NCBI GenBank assembly: GCA_945889015.1
Contig: CAMDBL010000001.1
Span: 2,951-66,950, forward strand
DNA: 64,000 bases
From: Devosia equisanguinis
Lineage (GTDB): Bacteria; Pseudomonadota; Alphaproteobacteria; Rhizobiales; Hyphomicrobiaceae
Direction of reading: 5' to 3'
Position 1 is the first letter of the stretch. Each line of letters opens with the position of its first letter. Below the pieces are notes generated by a model that did no database searches, had not been told where the DNA came from, and saw only the letters and a program-made list of their open reading frames with translations. Shown here one piece after another: positions 56,442 through 64,000 of this stretch. Position numbers and translations under genes: made by a program.

Positions 56442-57287
56442 TCAGTGCCAGTCTCCGAGCACGGAATTGACGAGAGCCAGTACCGCCACGGCCGCCGTGT
56501 CGGCGCGCATGATGCGGGGGCCGAGGGAGAGCCGGAGCGCGTAGGGCTTGGCGATCAGCATCTCGCGCTCCTCCCGGGCAAACCCGCCTTCGGGCCCGAT
56601 CAGCACGGCGAGGGGTGAATCGCAGTTCCCCTCCCCCTTGCGGGGAGGGGTTAGGGGTGGGGGGAATCCCGACGACTGCTGTTCTGCCGTCCCCCCCTCC
56701 CCGACCTCCCCCCGCGAGTGGGGAGGGAGAAGTGCTCGCAGCGCTTCTACTGGGCTCTTCACCTCCGCCGCCTCGTCGCAGAAGATCAGGCGGCGGCTGG
56801 CATCCCATCCCTCCAGCACGCGCTCGAGCTTCATCGGCTCGGCGACCTCGGGAATGCGCAGGATGCCGCACTGCTCGGCGGCCTCGATGGCGTTGGCGCG
56901 CATCCGCTCGGTGTTGACCCGCTCGGCCTGTGTGTGGCGCGTGATCACGGGGTGAAGGCGCGCGACTCCCATCTCGGTCGCTTTCTGCACCATGTAGTCG
57001 AGCCGCGAGCGCTTCAGCGGCGCAAAAAGGTAGTCGATGTCGGGCCCGCCCTCCTGAGGGCGCATCTGCTCGCCGATCTCGAGATCGAGATTGCGCTTTC
57101 CGCGCTGGGCGAGCGCCGCCTTCCACTCGCCGTCGCGGCCGTTGAAGACCAGAAGGGCGTCGCCGTCACCCATCCGCAGGACATTGCGTAGATAGTTGGC
57201 CTGCTCGGGCGTGCACGCGACCGTCGCGCCCGGCGAGAGCGGCGTGTCGAGATAAAGCCGTTGCGAGGTGAAGTCGTGGATGGGCAT
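56442..57287 (-). CDS. rsmE: 16S rRNA (uracil1498-N3)-methyltransferase with a roughly 37-aa internal insertion
   Basis: PUA-like N-terminus and a SPOUT C-terminus (LIGPEGGF, LGPRIMRADTA). At 281 aa it is longer than the roughly 245 aa I expect for this family. Confidence 0.85.
   Translation of the reverse strand: MPIHDFTSQRLYLDTPLSPGATVACTPEQANYLRNVLRMGDGDALLVFNGRDGEWKAALAQRGKRNLDLEIGEQMRPQEGGPDIDYLFAPLKRSRLDYMVQKATEMGVARLHPVITRHTQAERVNTERMRANAIEAAEQCGILRIPEVAEPMKLERVLEGWDASRRLIFCDEAAEVKSPVEALRALLPPHSRGEVGEGGTAEQQSSGFPPPLTPPRKGEGNCDSPLAVLIGPEGGFAREEREMLIAKPYALRLSLGPRIMRADTAAVAVLALVNSVLGDWH
56616..56736. repeat. second copy of the bipartite palindromic repeat, inside rsmE
   Basis: Hairpins CCCCTCCCC-N5-GGGGAGGGG (56628-56650) and CCTCCCC-N7-GGGGAGG (about 56706-56726). 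The block order and flanks are the same as in 48011-48126. Confidence 0.7.
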
Positions 57288-57405
57288 GGCGCCTCTATAG
57301 CAGGTCGCCTGCGAACGTGAACGTGCGACGCAAGTCCAGCTATGGGAACAATGTCCCGGTGCGCCCGTTGCCCTCGCATCTCAACGGGCAGGAGCCCAGG
57401 CAGCA

Positions 57406-57948
57406 ATGTTCTTCGATGGCTGGACAGGACTGGCACGTGTGGTGATCGTGGGGCCGATCGCGTACCTCGCACTCGTGATCATCCTGCGCACATCGGGCAA
57501 GCGGACTTTGTCGAAGCTCAATGCCTTCGACCTCGTGGTCACGGTGGCGCTGGGCTCGACGCTGGCCACGATCCTGTTGAGCGAGACCGTCGCGCTCGCC
57601 GAGGGCGTGCTGGGGCTCGCACTGCTCGTGGCCCTGCAATACGCGATCGCGTGGCTCACGGTCCGGTCTCGGACGTTTCGGGGCTTCGTCAAATCCGAGC
57701 CGAGTGTCCTGCTGCTGCGAGGGCAGTTCATCGAGTCGGCGATGAGCCAGGAGCGGATCACGCGCCCGGAGATCGAGGCTGCGCTGAGATCGGAAGGTCT
57801 GGGCGAACCGTCGCTGGCGCTCGCCGTCGTGCTCGAGACCGACGGGACGCTCAGCGTCGTCCGGCAGGGCAGTGGCGGCTTGCCGGCGAGCGAGGGGACA
57901 AGCAATCCCGCCGAGGCGTCGCGATTCAATGCCGAGAGGGCGCCATGA
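57406..57948 (+). CDS. DUF421 (YetF-like) membrane protein
   Basis: 180 aa with an N-terminal TM pair and GKRTLSKLNAFDLVVTVALGS. Confidence 0.75.
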   Translation: MFFDGWTGLARVVIVGPIAYLALVIILRTSGKRTLSKLNAFDLVVTVALGSTLATILLSETVALAEGVLGLALLVALQYAIAWLTVRSRTFRGFVKSEPSVLLLRGQFIESAMSQERITRPEIEAALRSEGLGEPSLALAVVLETDGTLSVVRQGSGGLPASEGTSNPAEASRFNAERAP

Positions 57949-58820
57949 CCGACGCGAGCGAGCCGGTCGGATTGATCGCGAGCTATGTCCAGGGTTTCTT
58001 CTGGATTTTGCCCAATCTCATCGTGGCCTTGGTCGTGCTCGTCGTATTCATTCTGACGGCGTGGCTCGCTGGCGGCGCCGTCGTGAGCGTTTTCCGACAC
58101 CGAAACCGTCCGGATCTGGGCCGGCTGCTGGGCGGGTTCGCCCGCTGGCTGGTCGTCGTGCTCGGGCTGCTGGTCGTCTGCGCCATCGTGTTTCCCTCGG
58201 TGAAACCGGTCGATCTGCTGGCGACGCTCGGTATCGGCTCCGTCGCCGTCGGATTCGCATTCAAGGACATCCTGCAGAACTGGCTGTCGGGCCTGCTGAT
58301 CCTCTACCGTCAGCCGTTCCGGCGAGGCGACCAGATCAGGTCCGGCGACTTCGAGGGCACGGTCGAGGCAATCGAGCCGCGGGCCACACTGATCCGCACC
58401 TACGATGGTCAGCGGGTCGTCATCCCGAACGCGGACATCTACACGCGCGCCGTGACCGTACGCACCGCCTTCGAGACACGTCGCTCGCAATACGACGTCG
58501 GCATCGGCTACGGCGACGATGTGGAGCAGGCCTGCAAGGTGATTCTCGGTGCGCTCGGCAAGAGCGACGCGATCGTGGCGGAGCCAGCCCCCGAGGCGTT
58601 GCCGTGGGAGCTGGCACCCTCGACCGTCGTCATCCGGGTCCGCTGGTGGACCAAATCTCGCCGCGACAACGTCGTGCAATCGCAGGCCCAGGTCATTGTG
58701 GCTCTCAAGCGCGCATTGACCGATGCGGGCATCGACCTGCCATACCCGACGCGGATGGTGATGATCCATGACCAAGCCAAGGCGGGAGGTGCGCATCAGT
58801 GGGGCGGCTCGTCCGGCTGA
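57945..58820 (+). CDS. mechanosensitive ion channel (MscS) family protein
   Basis: ATG 57945 overlaps the upstream stop (ATGA). Contains GIGSVAVGFAFKDILQNWLSGLLIL and the beta-domain GDFEGTVEAI. Confidence 0.85.
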   Translation: MTDASEPVGLIASYVQGFFWILPNLIVALVVLVVFILTAWLAGGAVVSVFRHRNRPDLGRLLGGFARWLVVVLGLLVVCAIVFPSVKPVDLLATLGIGSVAVGFAFKDILQNWLSGLLILYRQPFRRGDQIRSGDFEGTVEAIEPRATLIRTYDGQRVVIPNADIYTRAVTVRTAFETRRSQYDVGIGYGDDVEQACKVILGALGKSDAIVAEPAPEALPWELAPSTVVIRVRWWTKSRRDNVVQSQAQVIVALKRALTDAGIDLPYPTRMVMIHDQAKAGGAHQWGGSSG

Positions 58821-58874
58821 TCGCGGCCCAACGTGACGTTGCAGCGACGCGAGCCTCCCCCTAGTGTTCGCTCG

Positions 58875-59819
58875 ATGACCGAAACGATCTCGAGCCCCCG
58901 CCTCCCCGACGCGCCACCCGACAACTGGGTGGATCGGTGGGCGCCGGCGTCATGGCGGCCGTACGCCAAGCTCGCCCGCTTCGACCGGCCGATCGGGGCG
59001 TGGCTGCTGCTGTTTCCGTGCTGGTGGAGCCAGACGCTGGCCGAACTGTCACTCGGTCGGCCCTATCCCAACCCCTGGGATCTGCTGCTGTTCCTGGTGG
59101 GCAGCTTCGTCATGCGCGGCGCCGGCTGCGCCTTCAACGACTTCGTCGACCGCGACATTGACGGCAAGGTCGCGCGCACCGCGGGCCGTCCGATTCCGTC
59201 GGGACAGGTGACGCCGAAGCAGGCGCTAGCGTTCACAGCCGCGTTGTGTCTGGTCGGCCTCGTCGTGCTGGTGCAGTTCAATCTGTTCACGATCGTGCTC
59301 GGCGCGTCGTCGCTGCTGCTGGTCGCGGCCTACCCGTTCTTCAAGCGTTTCACCTACTGGCCGCAGGTGATGCTGGGCCTGACCTTCAAGTGGGGAGCGC
59401 TGGTCGGTTGGGCGGCGGTGGCGGGCGGCCTCGCGCTGCCCGCCGTGCTGCTCTATGCGGGCTCGGTGCTGTGGACCATCGGCTACGACACCATCTACGC
59501 GCATCAGGACAAGGAGGACGACCTGATGGCCGGCCTCAAGTCGACCGCGCTGCGCTTCGGCGACGCCACCAAGCCGTGGGTGAGCGGATTTTACACCGGC
59601 GCGGTGGTGCTGTGGACCGTCGCGGCCATGCTCGCGGGCGGTGGCGTGATCGTGCTCGTGGCGCTGGCGGTGGCTGCCGCGATGCTCGCATGGCAGGTCG
59701 CGACGCTCGACATGAGCGACAGCGCCAACTGCCTGCGCCGCTTCAAGTCCAACCGCGACGTCGGCTGGGTGCTGTTCGCCGGCATCGTCGCGGAAATGGC
59801 GGCGCGGAATTGGGGGTAA
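58875..59819 (+). CDS. ubiA: 4-hydroxybenzoate polyprenyltransferase
   Basis: NDFVDRDIDGKVARTAGRP and the second Asp-rich motif YAHQDKEDD. The start is ATG 58875 or GTG 58833. Confidence 0.9.
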   Translation: MTETISSPRLPDAPPDNWVDRWAPASWRPYAKLARFDRPIGAWLLLFPCWWSQTLAELSLGRPYPNPWDLLLFLVGSFVMRGAGCAFNDFVDRDIDGKVARTAGRPIPSGQVTPKQALAFTAALCLVGLVVLVQFNLFTIVLGASSLLLVAAYPFFKRFTYWPQVMLGLTFKWGALVGWAAVAGGLALPAVLLYAGSVLWTIGYDTIYAHQDKEDDLMAGLKSTALRFGDATKPWVSGFYTGAVVLWTVAAMLAGGGVIVLVALAVAAAMLAWQVATLDMSDSANCLRRFKSNRDVGWVLFAGIVAEMAARNWG

Positions 59820-59826
59820 ATCTCCA

Positions 59827-60489
59827 TTATGCCGAGCGCTTGCGGTCAGCAGTTTTAAGTGGAGGATGACCGTCCTTTTTCTGGGTCAATGCCGACGCAG
59901 CGGCTGACTTCGCCTCTTTACTGGCTTTCGGGTCTTTCAGCATTCGGCCAGCCGCGCTGGCGGCTCTCGAGCTATCGACTTCCTTGCTCTTCGATTGAGT
60001 GAGCATTGAAGCTGCGGCAGATTTCGCCTCCTTGCTTGACTTGGGAAATCTCGCGTATCGACCGCCCGAACCGGGTGAGTGAATAGTCGAGCCGAGGTCC
60101 GTGTTGAGGCGCTCGACCAATGCCTTTGCGATGTACTCCGAGCGGCTGACGCCGGCAGTGCGCGCAGCAGTATCGACACCCGCGACCAGAGCTGCATCGA
60201 GCATCACGTTGTACCGTGCCTTCTTGCCGAGAACGATCAGCGGCAGCGAGATCATCACGGCGCCACCCTTCAACTCCGATTTGATCTCGGGATCGTCCAG
60301 CAGCTCTTCAATCCTCCGCGCTGCCGGCAGTTGGGGCTCGCCCTCGGCGTAGAGGCTCAACGCTTCCTGGGCCATTGCGAAAATATCGGCCTCTTCGTCC
60401 GCTGCGGCAAAGCAGCCGGGCAGATCGGGAAAGCTGATGCCCCAGGCGCTGCCCGGATCGTGATGGACGAGAGCGAAGTAAGTGCGCAT
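59827..60489 (-). CDS. hicB: HicB family antitoxin with a long repeat-containing C-terminal tail
   Basis: MRTYFALVHHDPGSAWGISFPDLPGCFAAADE (HicB fold), an RHH-like SRSEYIAKALVERL, then a 90-aa S/K/A-rich tail. The ATG overlaps the hicA stop (TGATG). Confidence 0.85.
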   Translation of the reverse strand: MRTYFALVHHDPGSAWGISFPDLPGCFAAADEEADIFAMAQEALSLYAEGEPQLPAARRIEELLDDPEIKSELKGGAVMISLPLIVLGKKARYNVMLDAALVAGVDTAARTAGVSRSEYIAKALVERLNTDLGSTIHSPGSGGRYARFPKSSKEAKSAAASMLTQSKSKEVDSSRAASAAGRMLKDPKASKEAKSAAASALTQKKDGHPPLKTADRKRSA

Positions 60490-60680
60490 CAATCCTCCAG
60501 CCATCCTGCGGATTTGGCGATGTTGCGAGCGGTGCCCGTCGGCAGGTCTTTCTCGGGATGTGGCACGATGACGATGCCGCGCACTTCCCGTCGGAGCTTC
60601 ACGTGGGAACCCGACTGGGAGACCTCGACCCATCCTTCGCTTTTGAGCCGCGCGAGGATGGCTCTGCTGTTTCGCTCCAA
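60489..60680 (-). CDS. hicA: HicA family mRNA interferase toxin
   Basis: NSRAILARLKSEGWVEVSQSGSHVKLRRE...VPHPEKDLPTGTARNIAKSAGW. The start is ambiguous: TTG 60680, TTG 60686 or GTG 60692. TTG 60722 from the ORF track overlaps the predicted -10 box. Confidence 0.8.
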   Translation of the reverse strand: MERNSRAILARLKSEGWVEVSQSGSHVKLRREVRGIVIVPHPEKDLPTGTARNIAKSAGWLED

Positions 60681-60721
60681 TGGCAAAAGCACCCCGATCC
60701 GGCCTTTGCAGCATGTGTGCA

Positions 60722-60750
60722 ATATTACACACGCACGCGTGCGGGATCAA
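60722..60750 (-). promoter_or_regulatory. sigma70-like promoter of hicAB
   Basis: On the minus strand: TTGATC (60750-60745), a 17-nt spacer, then TAATAT (60727-60722). The spacer contains the perfect palindrome GCACGCGTGC (60733-60742). Confidence 0.5.
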
Positions 60751-61045
60751 GAGCGGCCGCGGCCGCTGCGTAATCGGCAAGCTATTGACAGAAAAGAGGA
60801 ACAGCCGGCGCGGTCCTGGGCTCCGCGCCGGCGTTCTCGTCCCTGTGACTTCCGAGGTCGTCTTCGGCGACCATGACCAGGACTTTGCCAGAACAGCCCT
60901 TAGATCGGCTTAAGAAAATCGGTAAATGCAACATGAGCCGCTGTGCCGGTGCCGGACGGAGCGCCGTCTCTCGTCGATCTTGTCTTGGAGGGGCTTTTGC
61001 GGCAGGAACGAGGGGTTATTGCACCGCAGCATCCAGGATCTTCGC

Positions 61046-61294
61046 ATGAGCAAGCCCGCCGCCCCCGCCAAGCAGCTCCTCCACCTCGTGTTCGGCGGCG
61101 AGCTGACCAAGCTCGATCAGGTGGAGTTCAAGGATCTCGCGCATCTCGATATCGTCGGCATCTACCCGAACTACGCCGAGGCGCACACAGCCTGGAAGGC
61201 TGCGGCGCAGAAATCGGTCGACAACGCCCACATGCGCTATTTCATCGTCCACATGCACCGGCTGATGGATCCAGAGACCGGCAAGGAGTCTTGA
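61046..61294 (+). CDS. DUF4170 domain-containing protein
   Basis: ATG 61046. LLHLVFGGELTKLDQVEFKDL...IVGIYPNYAEAHTAWKAAAQKSVDNAHMRYFIVHMHRL matches the DUF4170 pattern as I recall it. Confidence 0.75.
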   Translation: MSKPAAPAKQLLHLVFGGELTKLDQVEFKDLAHLDIVGIYPNYAEAHTAWKAAAQKSVDNAHMRYFIVHMHRLMDPETGKES

Positions 61295-61442
61295 GGCTCA
61301 GCCGTGGGTGCGTGCCTGAGACACGCCCCCAGAGGGCTGCAGACGCGCCGGCCGCGACGCGCCGCCGCCGTCCTGACCCACGCCGCGGGCCTTGCCGCGC
61401 CGCGCGAAGTCGGGGAAGGTCGTCGCCTGCCCGGTTCGGCCA

Positions 61443-63338
61443 ATGAAGGGGTGCGAGGAGACGCGCGTGTCCGAGGTCGCAGAAGCCAAGAGCAAGGTGA
61501 CCGTGGGCGCGCGTCTGCGGCGGCTCGCGAGTGATCCGCGCTCGCAGGCGCTGCTCGGGCGCTTCGTGTCGGAGTGGGTGCGTCCACGTGCCAGCGAGGT
61601 GATGGTGGCGCTGCTGCTGGCGCTGGGTCTGGCGGCGGCGACCGCTGCCTATCCCAAGATCATCAAGCTCTCGTTCGACACGCTGCAGCAGCCGGGACCG
61701 GGCACGTCCGACAAGCTCATCTGGGTGCTGGCGGCAATCGTCGCGGCGACGTTCGTGCGCAGCGTGTTCCTCTATCTGCAATCGGTAGCGACGCAGACCG
61801 TCGTCATGCGCATCACCAACGATATTCAGAAGCGCGCGTTCTCCCACTTGATCGGCGCGGACTTCGCCCGGCTGTCGCGCGAGGGGCCGGGGCAGCTCGT
61901 ATCGCGGCTGACCAACGACGTGGCCTATATTCGCGACGCGGGACAGGCGGCCCTGCTCAGCGCCGTGCGCGATCCGCTGATGATCGTCGCGCTGGTCGCG
62001 GTCATGCTGTCGCTCGACTGGATGCTGACGGCGATCGTGCTCGGGGTCTATCCGGTCGCCGCCCTGCCGGTATTCTCGATCAGCCAGCGTCTGCGCAAGG
62101 TCGCCAAGCGCACGCAGTCCGAGCTCGGCGACATGACCTCGCTGCTCACCGACCGGCTGTCGGGCGCGCGCCTGATCAAGACGTTCCGGCTCGAGAGCTA
62201 CGCCTCGCGCGAGGTCGACAAGAGCTTCGACGATGTGCAGTCGCTGAGGTTGAAGGCGGTCCGGGCGCGCGCGCGGCTCGATCCGATGCTGGAGGCGCTG
62301 GGCGGCGTCGCGGTCGCCGGCGTGATCGGCGTCGCCTATTGGCGGATCGCGTCGGGGGCGCTGTCGATCGGCGATTTCAATGCGTTCATCGTGGCGCTGC
62401 TGATGGCGGCGCAGCCGATGCGCGGGCTCGGCAATCTTTCGGGCAAGGTGCTCGAAGGGCTCTCCGCCATCGAGCGCGTCTATGACGTCCTCGACGAGGC
62501 GCCGCGGATCAAGGACGCCGCCGACGCCAAGCCGTTGACGGTCTCGCACGGCGCGATCCGGTTCGAGGACGTCGCGTTCGCCTACGATGCGGCGGCGCCT
62601 GTTCCGGCCGAAGGGGCGGGGCATGCGGTGCGCGACTTCACGCTCGACGTGCCCGGCGGCAAGACGGTCGCCATCGTCGGCCGCTCGGGCGCGGGCAAGA
62701 CCACGGTGATGAACCTGGTGCCGCGCCTCTACGACGCCACCGCCGGCTGCATCGCCATCGACGGCCAGGACATCCGTGGCGTCACGCTCGCCTCGTTGCG
62801 CGGCGCGATCGCCATCGTCAGCCAGGACGTGACCCTGTTCGACGACACCATCCGCGCCAACATCGCACTCGGCCGGCTCGGGGCGTCCGATGCCGAGATC
62901 GTCGCCGCCGCAAAGGCCGCGGCCGCGCACGAGTTCATCATGGCGCAGCCGCAAGGCTACGACACCATGATCGGCGACCGCGGCATGCGGTTGTCGGGCG
63001 GGCAGCGGCAAAGGCTGGCTCTCGCCCGCGCCATTTTGCGCGATGCGCCGATCCTGCTGCTCGACGAGGCGACGAGCGCGCTCGATACCGAATCGGAACG
63101 GCTCGTGCAGGAGGCGCTGTCGCGCTTCACCCGCAACCGCACCACGCTCGTCATCGCCCATAGGCTGTCGACGGTGCAGAGCGCGGACCTGATCTGCGTG
63201 ATGGAGGACGGCGCCATCGCCGAGGTCGGCACGCATGCCGATCTCATCGCCCGTGACGGCTCCTATGCAAGGCTGTGCCGCTCGCAGCAGATGATCGGCG
63301 CCACGCCTCCTGCGGTCGAGGCCGGCTCGTCGGCGTGA
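61443..63338 (+). CDS. ABC transporter permease/ATP-binding protein (MsbA-like exporter)
   Basis: N-terminal 6-TM domain, Walker A GRSGAGKTT, signature LSGGQRQR, Walker B ILLLDEATSALD. The start is uncertain (ATG 61443 or 61392). Confidence 0.85.
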   Translation: MKGCEETRVSEVAEAKSKVTVGARLRRLASDPRSQALLGRFVSEWVRPRASEVMVALLLALGLAAATAAYPKIIKLSFDTLQQPGPGTSDKLIWVLAAIVAATFVRSVFLYLQSVATQTVVMRITNDIQKRAFSHLIGADFARLSREGPGQLVSRLTNDVAYIRDAGQAALLSAVRDPLMIVALVAVMLSLDWMLTAIVLGVYPVAALPVFSISQRLRKVAKRTQSELGDMTSLLTDRLSGARLIKTFRLESYASREVDKSFDDVQSLRLKAVRARARLDPMLEALGGVAVAGVIGVAYWRIASGALSIGDFNAFIVALLMAAQPMRGLGNLSGKVLEGLSAIERVYDVLDEAPRIKDAADAKPLTVSHGAIRFEDVAFAYDAAAPVPAEGAGHAVRDFTLDVPGGKTVAIVGRSGAGKTTVMNLVPRLYDATAGCIAIDGQDIRGVTLASLRGAIAIVSQDVTLFDDTIRANIALGRLGASDAEIVAAAKAAAAHEFIMAQPQGYDTMIGDRGMRLSGGQRQRLALARAILRDAPILLLDEATSALDTESERLVQEALSRFTRNRTTLVIAHRLSTVQSADLICVMEDGAIAEVGTHADLIARDGSYARLCRSQQMIGATPPAVEAGSSA

Positions 63339-63558
63339 GGCTGGGCGAGCGTAAGTCCTGCCCGCGCCCGGTGCGCTGTCTGCTCCCGCCTTCGGCTTGC
63401 CAGCCCGCATGCTTTCCCGCTTATCCTGCGGGCTAGGGTCACCAGCGATTCGCGGGAGCGCGGCGGTCATGGCGATGGGCAAGAAGTTCGGAGCACCGGT
63501 GCGCGTCAAGAGCCAGCGCCAGATTCGTCGCGCCGACGCCAGGCGGCGCGAGAAGGGC

Positions 63559-64000
63559 ATGCGCATCCTGTTCGTGCATCAGAACTTCCCGGGACAGTTC
63601 GTGCACCTGGCGCCGGCGCTGCGCGCGCGCGGCCACGACGTGCGCGCCCTCACCTACGACAGGAACGAGCGGCCCGAGATCGTGCCGACCACCAAGTATC
63701 CGATCCGCCTCAAGGGCAAGCTGCCGGAGTTCGGCCCGATCGTGCACCAGTTCGCGGTGGCGGGCATCCGCGGCCACGACGTCGCGCTGACGGCGGCCGA
63801 GATGCGCCAGCAGGGCTATGTGCCCGACTTCATCTTCGGCCATCTCGGCTGGGGCGAGACACTGTTCCTCAAGGAGGTGTGGCCGGAGGCGACGCTGGCG
63901 CTGTATGCGGAGTTCTTCTACAGCACCACGGGTCTGGATTCGGGCTTCGATCCCGAGATCTATCCGATGTCGCTCGCCGCGCGCATGCGGGTGACGGCGA
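63559..64000 (+). CDS. glycosyltransferase (GT4-like N-terminal domain), truncated by the window end
   Basis: Not in the ORF track because it has no stop within the window. My hand translation gives MRILFVHQNFPGQFVHLAPALRARGHDV...FGHLGWGETLFLKEVWP.... An upstream in-frame ATG at 63469 is possible. Confidence 0.6.
   Translation, partial: MRILFVHQNFPGQFVHLAPALRARGHDVRALTYDRNERPEIVPTTKYPIRLKGKLPEFGPIVHQFAVAGIRGHDVALTAAEMRQQGYVPDFIFGHLGWGETLFLKEVWPEATLALYAEFFYSTTGLDSGFDPEIYPMSLAARMRVTA

Noticed and set aside
57406-58820. DUF421 gene and MscS-family channel gene with an ATGA stop/start overlap, considered as an unusual pairing.
   Set aside because: These are two ordinary membrane protein families, and translational coupling alone is common. 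The sequence gives no further sign of a novel function.
1-64000. Looked for tRNA, rRNA, CRISPR arrays, IS elements, transposases, integrases and phage genes.
   Set aside because: No T-loop (GGTTCGAATCC-like) or cloverleaf candidates appear in any intergenic region. There are no regularly spaced direct repeats. No DDE, tyrosine-recombinase or serine-recombinase motifs appear in any ORF.

Overview
This window is a high-GC chromosomal segment with strong G/C bias at third codon positions. Its gene content looks alphaproteobacterial, of the Hyphomicrobiales / Bradyrhizobiaceae type. I support about 62 protein-coding genes, densely packed on both strands.

Main content, in order:
- parE
- An Lrp-controlled threonine ammonia-lyase / racemase / AceE-like E1 operon
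- An E2-less five-gene thiamine-diphosphate (ThDP) enzyme operon
- A sitABCD-type Mn/Fe ABC importer
- recJ
- An EF-G paralogue next to a large DUF2157/GDYXXLXY membrane protein
- The nrdR-ribD-ribE-ribB-ribH-nusB-thiL block
- ETF-ubiquinone oxidoreductase, a family-4 uracil-DNA glycosylase, ald, rsmE, ubiA
- A hicAB toxin-antitoxin pair
- An MsbA-like ABC exporter

I saw no rRNA, tRNA, CRISPR array, transposase or integrase. The window is mostly core genome and I found no clearly novel multi-gene defence or mobile system.

The observations most worth a second look:
1. A bipartite palindromic repeat is present intergenically at 48011-48126 and again in frame inside rsmE.
2. A DUF6456-type gene appears split by a one-nucleotide frameshift.
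3. An orphan ThDP / E1 alpha-beta / SDR operon is led by an internally duplicated protein of unknown function.
4. A receiver-kinase hybrid has lost its phospho-acceptor His.
5. An EF-G paralogue lacks the catalytic His.
6. The annotated start of hicA overlaps its own predicted -10 box.

All product calls come from motif recognition by eye. No BLAST, HMM or covariance-model search was possible. Start codons are best guesses. The ORF track opens some ORFs at GTG/TTG, and many of them have spurious 5' extensions.
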